Shown: positions 12,088 to 24,110, counted from the whole stretch's first letter. The stretch is 63,192 nt of DNA, filler included, from Olpidium bornovanus S191 (GCA_017911155.1; 29 parts of 29 records of this genome joined end to end with filler, not necessarily neighbours in it), one strand, 5' to 3'. Numbers and translations are program-made. Notes: generated by a model not told the origin, from the letters alone.

Positions 12088-14950
12088 GTGAACGCGAATG
12101 TTCAACCGTAGCGCCGCTCACCCGTAATTGCGTCCGACAGTCCTGGATACCGCCTTTCTTTTCCTTCCTGCCACCGGTCGACTGCAATCCCGCTTGCAGA
12201 TGCGGGTCGGTGTTGTACGTAAGTGTAGAAGCGTCCTTGCTCGTCGAATTGAGATCTTCGCGCACACCGCGCGTTCAACTCGCTCGGGCATCGGCAGCCC
12301 AAATTGCGGCAGCCGGTGGTGGTCTTTACTGCACCCCCGTTGTTGATGGCCCCAATTTTGCTTATGCAGCCAACTTACCCGGGAATTGGCTCCATTTTGG
12401 AAGGTTTACGGGGGGCGGCATTATGGTGAAGGAGCAACGCTACTGGTTGATAATCAAGCGATGCCATTTCTGCCACCGGGTAAACGGTAGTTGGGGCCGA
12501 GAAATGGGTGGCTGCGCTGCAGTGAAGGCGGGCCACAGACCTGCGCACGCAAAAGCGAGCTGGCCCTTCGCCAGACGCGGGTGTAACGCGGATCGCCAAG
12601 TGCAACTGAGAAAGAATGCCCGCGCCGCCAGTAACCTGAAGACGTGAACGGGACAAAAAGCGATCTGGGTGGTTTGCCGTGCCGGAAAATGGGGTCGACT
12701 GCTCCGTGGAGTGACAATAAACAAAAACCGCGGGGTATTACGTGATGCTTCATCCGGGTTGCAGGACGGCGAAGCTGGGGGGACTGGGTGCCATTAGAGA
12801 AGGCGACAGCCAACCTATGTAACATCAAACCCTGTGGCTCAGAAGGTTCGAAACCCTGGCCCTCGACACCCGAACGAGAGAGATGGCTCGTCCCACTCAG
12901 AAGGCGGGGAGGGGGGAAGGGGAATCTGTGGTTTCCAGACAACCCCCTGTACGCTCAACGCACGGAGGTTCGCCCGCGCACGGTCACATGATGCCCGCTT
13001 GAGTCACGCGTGACCGCACCGTGATATCCGGCGAACTGTGATGACCACCAGAGCCAGCACACCTCTCTCTTCGCCCCGCCTTTTTTTTCCCCGGTTTTAA
13101 CCGTCCAGACAAAAAAAAAAACGCATCAGTCGACTCGCAGGGCAAAANNNNNNNNNNNNNNNNNNNNNNNNNNNNNNNNNNNNNNNNNNNNTTAATTAAT
13201 TAANNNNNNNNNNNNNNNNNNNNNNNNNNNNNNNNNNNNNNNNNNNNAGCGGTGTACCCTAAACACCGCTCCCGTCCAGGATGACCCGGCAGCTAAGCCG
13301 GCTGTGGAGACGTCGGTTTACCTTTCCCGGCGGTGATGTTGCTCGTCCTGACCTCCACAGGTTTTCCCTTGTCCTGAAAGCCCTTCACGCCGGACTTCCC
13401 GGCCGCGGCGGACCTCGCCGCGGCGGGTCCCGGTATGGTGGCGGCAGGCAGCGGCTGAGTCATGGCGCGGCGTGCCTGGCAGGGGCGTGCGGACGAACGG
13501 GGTTCCTCTCGATGTCCAGCACGGGGCGCCCGTTTTGTTTTGGGGGTTGGGGAATTTTTTGGGGCGGGGAAAGATGTGTTAGGAATAAAGAACCCGAGCC
13601 ACCGTGGTGCTCACTGCGCGCGCCCCGGCCGGAAATTTCTCCTTTTTTTCCTTCTATGATACGTAAAAACCCGGAACAGATCGGGCGGAATACAGAAAGA
13701 AGAGCTCTTTGAGCTGCTCCTACTCAAAAACCTCATAATATTCTACTTAAACAACAACAACCCATAGGTAGCAAGATATTACTTACACTATACCTATTGG
13801 GCAATAAATTAATTCGATCGGATTGCATTTATCCTCCCCCCCGCCCCACACTCCGCCTGCGACGAGCGGCACGAAATAACGCGACGTTCCCGGCCATCCC
13901 GTCTGCGGACGCACCGTTCCTCACCGACAGTACCGTAAGCCTAAACGCGCCGTGTAAAGCGGTGGGCGCGCGCGCGAATACTGCATGCTCAGAGCGAATA
14001 CTGTATACTGTATGCTCAGAGCGCCGACAGACTGGCATGCTCCCTCAACGTCGCCTGCACCCATGACGCGTCACGAAGATACGAACAACAGCCCGAGTCT
14101 TCGGACTTCGCGGGCCCCGCTATATCCCGCGCAAGCCTGCTCAGAGCGCCCACGCCACCCACCCCCGCCGGCTTACGGATTCCGCCATGCATCCGCCGCC
14201 CGAATCCGTGGTGTTTTCCCGAGTACCGGTCCGTTGGAGCTGGGAACAGACTCTGTGACGCCGGACAACCGCAAGACGAAGTTCTCGGGCAACGCCAATT
14301 TCCGGCGAGAGCGGGGAGAAGGTCGGAACCCGCTTTGCGCCGTTTCCGACAAGACCTTCGCGTTCGAAGGGGCTATTAAACTTGCCTTTAGTCCCAGTTG
14401 AAGCGCCGGAACGCGCCATGTACCGCGAGCGCAATATCATCGCGTCAAGGTACTTGATGATTACCAAAGGAGACGTCTCTTTTGGCGCCTTCCTCTCGTG
14501 GACGAAACGCGCCTACGGCAGTCACGTCGTTTTCCGGCACTTGCTTGCAGACTGGAACTGTACCTGTGGCCGTTCGTCCAGGAACACTGGCCGTTGCCTC
14601 ATTAAGGCGAGTTGATCTGGATCCCCCTCTCGTGCGAGGATTCTGGACTCCTTCATTCCGCAGTAGGGCGGCATCCGCGCGACTACGCCTCTGTCCGGCC
14701 CCCTGTCCTATCCCGGGTGGAAGAAGTAACGTTTCGCGTTAATGTTGGATGCCACTGGTCGGCCCGCGGCGACTACGCCTCTGTCGCGGATACCCTGATC
14801 TTTACCATGCCACTTCGCACTTCGAAACCCCCAACGAGAGGTGCCCGTTTTACCGTAACATGGTTGAATACTAACAGTCTTCCCCTCTCTGTGCCACTCA
14901 TCCTATTTGTGTGCTGCGTTTATGCCCAAATTGAAGGATGTCGTTGTTAA

Positions 14951-15217
14951 AGATTTCGAACGCCTAGCTACCCTGCTGTGGAAAGGTGCTCAGAACGGAG
15001 CGAGGAGCTGGCGGACGATCCCTTGTACCGGGACTACGGAAACCGCCTGTACAAGAGAGACGTCTATGAGGCCATCGGGCAGGTAGGATAAACGAGGGAA
15101 GGTCTATGTCGGGATATAGCATGTTTCGATGGCCGGTTCTAAATGCTTCGCACACAGATGCCTCCTAAACGGACGATGACGCACACATCGAGTTGCAAGA
15201 AGAGCAGCTGGCAGAGG
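14951..15217 (+). CDS. Possible short exons of an unidentified gene
   Basis: An AG-flanked open segment FRTPSYPAVERCSERSEELADDPLYRDYGNRLYKRDVYEAIGQ ends at a GTAGGA donor. A second AG...GTAAGT-flanked segment follows. No family recognised. Confidence 0.3.
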
Positions 15218-15339
15218 TAAGTTAAACGAGAAAATGATCNNNNNNNNNNNNNNNNNNNNNNNNNNNNNNNNNNNNNNNNNNNNTTAATTAATTAANNNNN
15301 NNNNNNNNNNNNNNNNNNNNNNNNNNNNNNNNNNNNNNN

Positions 15340-15421
<82 letters not shown>

Positions 15422-15663
15422 AACCGAGTTTGGACCACGTGCGCGCGGGGTTGCGCGGGGTTGCGGGGTTGCGCGGGGTTGCGGGGTTGCAGGGTGGAGG
15501 GAGTGGAGGGGGGGCGGGAAGGGGGTTCCACACCCCCCTTTTTTGCCCCTCCGGCGGAGTGTCCCCCCTTCCCCTCCGCGGGTGTGTGCGCATGACGCGG
15601 AAAAATTTCCCAGGGGAAGGAAGGCGGCGGCGGCGAAACGAGCATGTTTTTTTTTTTTTTTTT

Positions 15664-15703
15664 TTCTTCTTCTTCTTCTTCTTCTTCTTCTTCTTCTTCT
15701 TCT
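15664..15703. repeat. (TTC)n microsatellite just downstream of the RGS gene stop codon
   Basis: About 13 TTC units read directly. Confidence 0.9.
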
Positions 15704-15704
15704 T

Positions 15705-18700
15705 TCACGGCGCAGACGCGGCGGGGCCCTCCCGGGCGGCGACCGCGGGCGGCCGCAGCGGGCTGCTGCCGAGAGGGCGGAGGCTCGTCGACGCCCGCCG
15801 CTGCGACCGCGGGGTCGCCCACGGCGGCGTCGGCGGCGGCGGGGCGGCGTACTCGTCCGACGGCGAGGGGGCGAGCAGCGCCTGGCGCCCCGCGGCGTGG
15901 TCGTGGTGGTGGTGGCGGTGCGCCTCTGCCTCCTCGCCGATCTCCGGGAACGACAGCGACGAGCCGGCCTTCCGCAGCTCCTGGCGGAGCTGCCCGACCT
16001 GCTGCTTGAGGTCGCGCAGGTCTTTCCCCGAGCTGATCTCGTCGTCGATGGACTTCTCCAGGTCGTCGAGGATGACCGCCTCGACGTGCGCGACGGGGTC
16101 GAAGTTGCTCCCGAAGAACCTCTGCAGCTTCTTCAGCTTCCGGATCCGCGCCATCCGCACCGCCGCGGGGTCGCCGCCGGCGCCGCCGCCCTCGCCGAAC
16201 GGCGGCCCCGCGCCCGCGCCGCCCCCGGCCCCGTCGCCGCCGGCGTCGAAGTCGGTCATGCAGCCCATCAGCTCCAGGAGGCTGTCCGGGTCTTGGACGA
16301 TGCTCGTCAGGCTGGCGATGGACTCGCGCGCGAGCTGGCTGGTGTCGGATTTCGCCAGCAGTTCCGGGGGCAGCCGTTGCCCGAGCATCCGCTCGAGCTT
16401 GTTCGACCTCTTGAGGATCACCTTCTTTGTCGTCGGCGACATCGCCTGTTTGAACCTGCTCTCCCTCGGCGACCGGTCGGCCGGACCCGGCTGCTGCTGA
16501 AGCTGCTGCTGCTGCTGCGACGGGGGGTACGACGCGCTGACCACCGGCCAGCCCAAAAGGGATTCCTCTGGCACCTGCTCGCCCAGGAAGGCCACCAGCT
16601 TCTCGAGCTTCTTCCGCCTGTACTCCTTCGAATCGCGGGCGACGGTCGGGCCGCCGCCGAAGGGCCCCGCCGCCGCCGCTTCGCCTCCGGGAAGGCCAGC
16701 GGACAGAGGGCCGCCCGGAGAAACCGGACTGTCGGCGAGCACGCCGCCGCCGCCGCTCCCGGCTTCCCGCTCGGCCTCCGCGGCGCCCGCGGACGGCCCG
16801 CCGTCCTCGCGGGCGGCGGACGGCACGCCGGCGTCCGATTCCGCGATCGACGACGACGTGAGGTCCTCGGCCGACTGGGCCGTCTTGGCGAGCATCGTTA
16901 TTGCTGTGGCGACCACGCTCTCCCGCAGCGGCTCGCCGAGGATGCCCCTCAGCTTTTTGCTCCTCTTGGCCAGGACCCTGCGCTCGTCGGCCGAGAGGTC
17001 GTTCGCGTTCATCGCGCCGGCGGGCTCGTCCGCGGAGGACATGCTCGTGTCGGACGCGCGCCGGAGGATCGTCGAGACGGCCCCTCCGAGCCGCGTCTGC
17101 GTCGGCGGCGGCGGCGGCGGCGGCGGCGGCTGCGGCTGCCCCGCGCACGCCGCCGAATCGTACGGCGTGTACAGCTTCTGGTCGGCGAGCTGGTTGGTGC
17201 CGAGCCGGTCTCCGAAGAAGCCCTCGAGCTTCTCCATCCGCTTCTTTTTGCTCCACAAGTCCGACTCTTCGGCGGTCGCGGAGACCGGGGTGACGACGCC
17301 GGCGTCGGGGAGCCCGAACAAGCTGTCGCCCGGCAGGGGCTCCCCTTGCGGCCCGGTGCCGTGGAGGTGCTGGCCGGCCAGCAGCTCGCTCGACGGCTTC
17401 GCGCCGAAGAACTTCGCCAGCTTTTTTTCCTTCTGGATCGTCGTCAGCTTCTGCGCGGTCGTCAGCCGGTTAGAATCCTCGAAGTAGCCCTCCACCGGGC
17501 GGGAGCGCGGGAAGAACAGGTTCATCGCCCGCTTCAGGAACTGCTCCTTCACCCCGCCCGGAGCCTTCGCGAACGACTGCGACACCCATTTCGTCGAATT
17601 GTCCGCCATCTCGACCGCCGACTGCATGACCTCCAGGTTCGGCTCGAAGTAGTCGCTTATTGGGCCTCTCATCTGTCCGTCCGCGTACCGCTCTGTCCGA
17701 CAACCCCCATTTACCCCCCCCCCCCCCCCCCCCCCACCCGCCAACCCCCGCGCGATGACAAGGGATGATCAGGTCATTTCGTCGGAAATGAACGAAAGGG
17801 GGGGGGAGGGAGAAAGAGAACGAAAACAGAAAAAAAAAAACGTGCTCTCAGCTTCTCACCATCGTTTTGGATGGCCAGGAGCTCGCGATACATGTTGCTC
17901 TTGAAGAACCTTACGAAGGAGTGGCCTTTCAGGATTGCATACACGCAATCCTGCACCTCGTCGAACATGGCGCGGTCGACCAGCCAGCCGCTCTGCAGCG
18001 GCCACGGCACGTCGCGGATGACGTCTTCCCTGAGGTTGACCTGGAGCGGGGCGCTCTCCGCCAAGTAGGTGAGGTAAATGTAGCGCGCGTGGGTGAGGAA
18101 CGTCGCCGGGTCCTTCAAGCTGGTGAACATCTCGACGTCGAGCCACAGCAGCAGGTTCTCCACGCTGAAGTCGCGGGTGCAGAACTCCTGGAAGATCTCC
18201 AGGCCGACCAGGTTGCGCAGGACGGCGAGGCACGGGTCGTGCGGCGGCTGCGGCCGGCGGGCCGGGCCGGCGTTCGCGTCTGGCTCCTCGCCGTCTCCGG
18301 CGCCCGCCGCACCGGAATCTCCGCCGCCGCCGTCAGTCCGCAGCGGCTCGCCGTCGCGGACCGGCTCCAAGAGTTGAGACGTACGGCGGTCCCCGCGGTG
18401 GACCTGGTAGGAGAACTGGCCCGCCGGCACCTGCGGGCAAACCTGGCCGCCTTGCGAGCGCACTGAAACGGGGTTTCCGATTTCTTAGGGCGAGCGGGCG
18501 CTCCCTTCCCCCCGCCTCCCCGCCCCGCGCGACGGAAATAAAACCAGAAGGAAAAAAAAAACGGGTCGGGGCGAAAACGCAAAAGGGGGAGGGGGCCCCC
18601 GGGGACGCCCCCCCGAAACATACCGTCGGCGGCGTTCAGAACGTTGACGACGTCGTCCATGTTCAGCACGTCGCCGATTTTTTCCCGGAACTTGAGCGGC

Positions 18701-18935
18701 ACCGTGCCGACGTCGTACAGGAGGCAGACCTCGAGCGGCTCGTACGGGTCCTCGGCGATGTCGGCCACGTCCGACACGACGGACGACCTCCGCTTGTAAT
18801 ACGGCGCGCCCGCGGCGTTCGAGCCCCGGCGCCCGACGGTATTGTACCTGAACGCGTGCTCGGCCTCGATGAGCCTGGCCAGGTGCTCGATGTCTCTCCC
18901 GTACTGGACGGTCACGGGGAACGAGCGGCCGGGGG
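15705..18935 (-). CDS. RGS-domain signalling protein with a long C-terminal tail of KLxxFFG repeats; 5' end truncated
   Basis: RGS box: LAVLRNLVGLEIFQEFCTRDFSVENLLLWLDVEMF...ARYIYLTYLAESAPLQVNL...MFDEVQDCVYAILKGHSFVRFFKSNMY (about 17870-18240). Exons at about 18935-18624, 18462-17860 and 17692-15705 splice in phase. Stop at 15705. Confidence 0.85.
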
Positions 18936-19580
18936 NNNNNNNNNNNNNNNNNNNNNNNNNNNNNNNNNNNNNNNNNNNNTTAATTAATTAANNNNNNNNN
19001 NNNNNNNNNNNNNNNNNNNNNNNNNNNNNNNNNNNCAGCGGAGAGAGCGCCTTTTACAGTGTGCGGGGAGAGGGGTGGAAGAGCCGGGAGAGGGCGGGGA
19101 AGGGGACAGGGGGAAGAGAAGGGCGGGGGGATGGTGGCGGGGGAAGAGCGCGCGGGGGGGGGGGGGGGGGGGGGGCGGGGGGAGGGGGGGGGGGAAAATA
19201 TTCCCAAAAAATTAGCAGATTTCGCAACGATTTAAGCGGCGGTAACTAATACTAATATTCCGGATTTGCAAATTGGGGGGGGGCGAGGGGGAATCTCCGA
19301 GAGGCCGTTTTTTTCCATTTCGGAGATCAAAGGGGTGGGGGAGAGGGGGGGTGGGGCCGTAAAGTGAGGGCGTGTTTTTTGTTGTTGTTGTTGTTGTGGT
19401 AGCCGTTTCCCCCATTATCTATAACTGCCCCTGCTGCGAAAGTGCAACCTGAGCCAGCATCAAGTATCCGCGAAGCGGGGAGGGAGGGTGGGGGTGGGGG
19501 AGAAGTGGCCGAGCCATCACTCGGTCTAACAGCCCCTCGCTCCACCCTCCTCCACCCGAGCGCCTGATTTGCTGGGGCTT

Positions 19581-20274
19581 TCACGACCGGAGGAACTCTG
19601 CGTACACGGGCTGCGGTGGGTGGGTGGGGGGGTGTGGGGGGGGGAGAAGGGTGAGAGGGGGGCGGACGGGACGCCGAACGAGGCGAAACCGAATGGTCAG
19701 CGAACGCGAAAACCGGGGTGTTAGTAGCAAAAAAAAAAAGCGACGAAAACCGATAGCCGAGGCAGGACGAGCAGCGGTCCAACGACGCTCCTTTCGACCG
19801 GTTTTTAGCAGTTTTTTTTGTAAAAAAAAAAAAAAAAAAAAAATGTTCAAAACCTCAAGTTCCACTCACGTTGTTGCTCTCGTCAGTGTACGGGTACTGG
19901 AGGCGCTTCAGGAACCCCGCGAACTCGGCTTCGTCCTCCCCGGGAACTTGAATGCCGACTAACACCTTGGCCATATCTAGAGCGTGAGTGAGAATGAGAG
20001 AGAGAGAAAGAGTGAGGGAGGGGGGAAAGGAGAGGGGAGGGGTGGAGGGGGGGTGAGAGATTGGCAAGACCACGTTGACCGAGAGAGAAAGAAAACGCTT
20101 CGCGGCCAACCGGCCGCCGGCGCAACGACGTGGGAACGGGAAGTGCGCGCGCCACGCGTGTGTAGACCCTACGCTCACCGGAACCGTAGTTCCTGTAATG
20201 CCACATGGAGATGTTCCAACCGGTCTGGACGCCGTCCAGGAACTGTTTCAGGGCGCCCGGCCGTTCGGGAAAAA
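19581..20274 (-). CDS. ilv1: Threonine dehydratase Ilv1, C-terminal regulatory ACT-like domain (exons 20274-20179, 19976-19870, 19610-19581)
   Basis: Splices to [76 protein letters not shown], the typical Ilv1/IlvA C-terminus. Confidence 0.93.
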
Positions 20275-20567
20275 CTGTGCGGGCGTCCGCAGAAAACGAA
20301 AACAAAAAAAAAGAAAGTAAGGGTATATCCAAAGCCGGCCCTTACCGCATGAGGCAACGAGAAAGAGAGAGAAGAGAAAAAGATTGAGAGAGCCCGGGAA
20401 AATCGTGGTGACTTGAGGCAAAAACAAAAGTTGTTTTGGTCTCCGGCACCAGGCCGCCCAAAAAAGGNNNNNNNNNNNNNNNNNNNNNNNNNNNNNNNNN
20501 NNNNNNNNNNNTTAATTAATTAANNNNNNNNNNNNNNNNNNNNNNNNNNNNNNNNNNNNNNNNNNNN

Positions 20568-21746
20568 CATGCAAACAAACGCGAGGATGTTATCTGTGAT
20601 CTGAAAAGGCTTCTTTTCCCGGCAAAACCACGTGTACAGCGCCGGCGGGAAGACGGACGTGGCGATAGTGAGGCCAAAATTGAAAAGCTGGTAGACGTCT
20701 GGCCTAGGTTGGTTTCCCAGTATTCGCCCATCCTTTTTTTCGGCGCACAGGGGAATAGAGAGGGGGTGCCGGGCGCGGATCAGATTCCTGGCCGTTCTTC
20801 CACCCCTTTCACGCAGGGAAGCGCCCCAAGACAAAAAACCGCTTTTGCCAGGAACAACAATAACAACCCTTTCCTTCTCCCACATCCCCCCCGCCCCCCA
20901 CCCCCGGGGCAGAGGATGGTGCGGAGGGATGGTTTTTTTTAAAAAAAGGAAAAAAAAGAAAAACAACAAAAAGCAGATTTGGGATGCGATCAGCACGCTG
21001 ACGATGCTGCAAATTTTGCGAATGGCGAATGGGCCGGGGAAAAGGGATGGGGAGACGAGTAAAAAAAAATTCATTCGGGTGGCGCGGTGGACGTCATATC
21101 CTTTAAGGGATCCGGGTGCGCGGCGGCGGCGGCGGCGCGTGCGCGGGCCAGCCGACGATCTTTTCTCTCTCCTTCCCCCCCCCCTTCACCTCCGACGTTT
21201 ACGGTCCGCTCGGCAGCTGAGAGGGAGGACGGGAGTGGGCGGAGGGGTCAAGCGACGATGAGCGGAAGGGTTAAGTGCAGGGGATTTTTGTTTTGTTGTT
21301 TCTGTTAAGCCGCGCGTACCCAGAGGATCGTCGCGGTGGCGAATATGCGGCCGGCGCGGGCGGACCCCAGCCCGTACTTCCGCCCCGCGAATGCGCCAGA
21401 CGACGTCGACCGACAGCGTTCTGTTCGATTCGCCATTGCGGACGTTCTCCTCGCGCGCAATTTCTTTTTTTGGCGGGCCGCGCGGGAGTGCGCCCGCGCG
21501 CGCGTGTGCGTGTGAGTGTGTGGTGGCGGCGGGTCAAATCGTCCCGTCAGTCCCCGTGTCGGCAGCGAGACAAAAAAAAAACAAAAAAAAACGGAGGATC
21601 ATCCCCCGTTTACCGTCTCACGATGCCGACGAAACTGACCACGGCGAAAACGGCGATCCCCGCCGCGAGGCACGCCAGGACCACGCGGTAAAAGCCGAGC
21701 ATCCTTGCCCGGTAGAAGCAGTAGAAGAAAGGTGCTGGAGTAACCG
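20568..21746 (-). CDS. Fragments of a hypothetical multi-pass membrane protein
   Basis: Hydrophobic exon-like segments PFFYCFYRARMLGFYRVVLACLAAGIAVFAVVSFVGI and PDVYQLFNFGLTIATSVFPPAL are bounded by AG/GT. There is a faint resemblance to the M3-M4 (PPAL) region of P5-type ATPases, not established. Confidence 0.3.
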
Positions 21747-22577
21747 CCCTTGGGAGGAGAAAGAAAAAAAAAACAAAAAAAACAGACAAACAAATGCGCA
21801 AGCGCGCGCTGACACGAAAGAAAAAAAAACCAACGCGCGCGCGTGCCCACCGCACAGCCGGGGGAGCAAATAAGCAAAACAGAAGCAAAAAACGCAAAAC
21901 AAAAACAAAACAAAAGCGAGACAAAAAGTCGGGGAGTTTGTTAAAGACAACCAAAAAGCATAAAAGTTTTTGGCAAACAAACAGAAAAAAAAAAAAACAA
22001 AAAATTTAAAAAATGCATGCCCACACGCACAGTTACACGCCAACGTGTGTGTTTCTTCCGGCGCGAGGCGCTTTTTTCTTTTTCGCCCGCTCGCCCGGTC
22101 GCCAAAAATGTACAGCGGCCCGTTTCTCGTTTTCNNNNNNNNNNNNNNNNNNNNNNNNNNNNNNNNNNNNNNNNNNNNTTAATTAATTAANNNNNNNNNN
22201 NNNNNNNNNNNNNNNNNNNNNNNNNNNNNNNNNNAGCTACACGGACCTCCAGAATCCTGTACTTTTATGTACTGCCAGACCCAGATCCAGAGCTAGACGG
22301 CAAATACAAATCTCCAGATAACGCCACGCGCAGATTAAGTATTTCGCACGTTACACGCAGGCGGAGGAGCGGTGAACCTGTAAGACAGGTAGAAAGAAGA
22401 AAACTGTATATTGTTGTCGACTTTCTAGCTCGGCGAGGCCTACTTTATATTTTGGGGATCTGGCGATTTTACAAGTGCGCACAGGGGCTGGTGTGCGTAG
22501 TGTGCCCGCTGCGCAGCGTCCCCCTTTATTTTTACCCCTTTATTCCAACAGGTAGTAGGGCGGGGGTGGGGTGGGGT

Positions 22578-22609
<32 letters not shown>

Positions 22610-22773
22610 AGGGGGGAGGCGCGGCGAGCAGACGAACGGAGTGTTGGGAGTTTTTGTCGCGTCCGCCCCCGGTCCCGCTGGCCTGCCGCGCCCCCCCGGG
22701 CGCGCGCTTCCGGACGCGGCTCGGCCCGGCCCCCCACGGCGGGAGAGCCCGGAAGGCAAGGGAAGGACTCAAC

Positions 22774-23065
22774 TGAAGTGACGATCCAGTCCGGGCCGTG
22801 CACGAATGGGTACTTGCAGTAGATGTTGTCGAAGTCCGAAAACCGCGAGCGCCAAGGAGGGCAGGGGAAGGGAGGAAGAAGGGTTCGGCGCGTTTTGCGG
22901 TCCGACCAGCGAGGACGCTGTTACCGCTTCGGGCTTCGCACGTTCTCCTTCCCCTCCTTCCCGATCCTCCTCTCCACTTCCTTGTTTTCGCTCGCTCACG
23001 TATGCCGACTCGACCTGCCCGGTGACTGTCACCGGGAAGTACGACGTCTCGGCCGCCGTTGGCAT
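22774..23065 (-). CDS. b9d1: B9 domain-containing protein 1 (B9D1/MKSR1), ciliary transition zone; first two exons (23065-23000, 22842-22774)
   Basis: MPTAAETSYFPVTVTGQVESAY plus FSDFDNIYCKYPFVHGPDWIVTS aligns by eye to the B9D1 N-terminus (F.L.VxGQVESAxFxxxDxLYCKYxFVxGxDW). Confidence 0.87.
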
Positions 23066-23422
23066 TTTTTTTTTTTTTTTTTTTTTTTTTTTGGCCGCCC
23101 AGAAGAGCCGCTAGGTGGCCCCCCCGGCCCGACGCAACCCAACAACACTTGCGCAAACGGCGCTGGCGCCCGCCAAATTCCGAAGGAGGGCCTGAGAGAA
23201 CCATGATACATAACCGGCGAGGCGAGGAGCCGGCCGTCGTCGGACCCCCTCCCCCCCTCTCGGAAAATAGTCCTGCAACCGACCGATTGGCTTTTGCTCT
23301 CTTTCTTCCCCGCAGGAGGCGNNNNNNNNNNNNNNNNNNNNNNNNNNNNNNNNNNNNNNNNNNNNTTAATTAATTAANNNNNNNNNNNNNNNNNNNNNNN
23401 NNNNNNNNNNNNNNNNNNNNNC

Positions 23423-23824
23423 ACCGATACTTGTCTGGACCCCAAAATCTTTTCTCCTACCGGAGAAAGGACTGAATTTTCTGAGATCGGAAAAGGGGAC
23501 AAAGTGGCCGTGCTTATCAGCGTGGGAATTTTTCCTGATGGAAAACGTGGGGTCGGAATCAAATTTGTGCTTCAAGAAGTGCGGATTTTTGAGAAGGGTC
23601 ATGGGTATGTGAAAGAAGAGAGTACAATCCCCAAAACAAGGGCCGGAGATCTCCAGGAAATAGATGTACCTATGACCCGCACTATACAAAATATATTTTC
23701 TGGCACATGCCATTTCCATATGCCGGGGTTGTTTAAAGTCATTGCTTGTGTCTTGATATCTGTGCCTAACCTTGGTGTCAAGTTCCGGGTCAGCCTCTCC
23801 GCCAAGCATTGCACATCCAATTGA
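23423..23824 (+). CDS. Intronless lower-GC ORF fragment with possible OB-fold ssDNA-binding-protein similarity; 5' truncated
   Basis: Open from the contig start: PKIFSPTGERTEFSEIGKGDKVAVLISVGIFPDGKRGVGIKFVLQEVRIFEKG. The alternating beta-strand pattern recalls the C-terminal half of T7 gp2.5-like or NCLDV SSBs. Judged by eye only. Confidence 0.4.
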   Translation, partial: TDTCLDPKIFSPTGERTEFSEIGKGDKVAVLISVGIFPDGKRGVGIKFVLQEVRIFEKGHGYVKEESTIPKTRAGDLQEIDVPMTRTIQNIFSGTCHFHMPGLFKVIACVLISVPNLGVKFRVSLSAKHCTSN

Positions 23825-24110
23825 GTCGCCGCGGCTCACCGGCCGCTCACCGGCCCATCACCCGCTGCTCACCGGCCCCTCACCCGCCGCTCCCCAGCAG
23901 CTCACCGGCCTCTCACCGGCTGCCGCTCATCGCCGGCCATCCCTGGCCGCCGCCGTCGCTGCTGCCCCTCTTCCCAGCCGCCGCTGACTGGCCGCCGCTG
24001 CCGCAGCTGGCGGTGTCGGCGCCCAAATTGGCCTTGGCGGACATGGACCCCGCCTTCGATTACCTTAGCTTCGAACCCCATTTCCCTCGATTTCCCTCCG
24101 GTTTTGTCCG

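Noticed and set aside
12830-12875. GGTTCGAAACC B-box with an A-box-like TGGCTCAGAAGG, a possible tRNA or SINE
   Set aside because: The boxes overlap with no spacing, the T-stem pairs poorly, and no cloverleaf can be folded.
13248-13270. Perfect 8-bp hairpin AGCGGTGT-accctaa-ACACCGCT at a contig start, with CCCTAA in the loop
   Set aside because: A single short hairpin and one telomere-like hexamer are expected by chance. No array or element boundary supports it.
14678-14786. 16-bp direct repeat CGACTACGCCTCTGTC about 90 bp apart
   Set aside because: Only two copies, with no associated element or recognisable motif.
15292-17768. Long ORFs 15292-17256 (-) and 15543-17768 (+)
   Set aside because: Alternative or antisense frames of the RGS gene's last exon.
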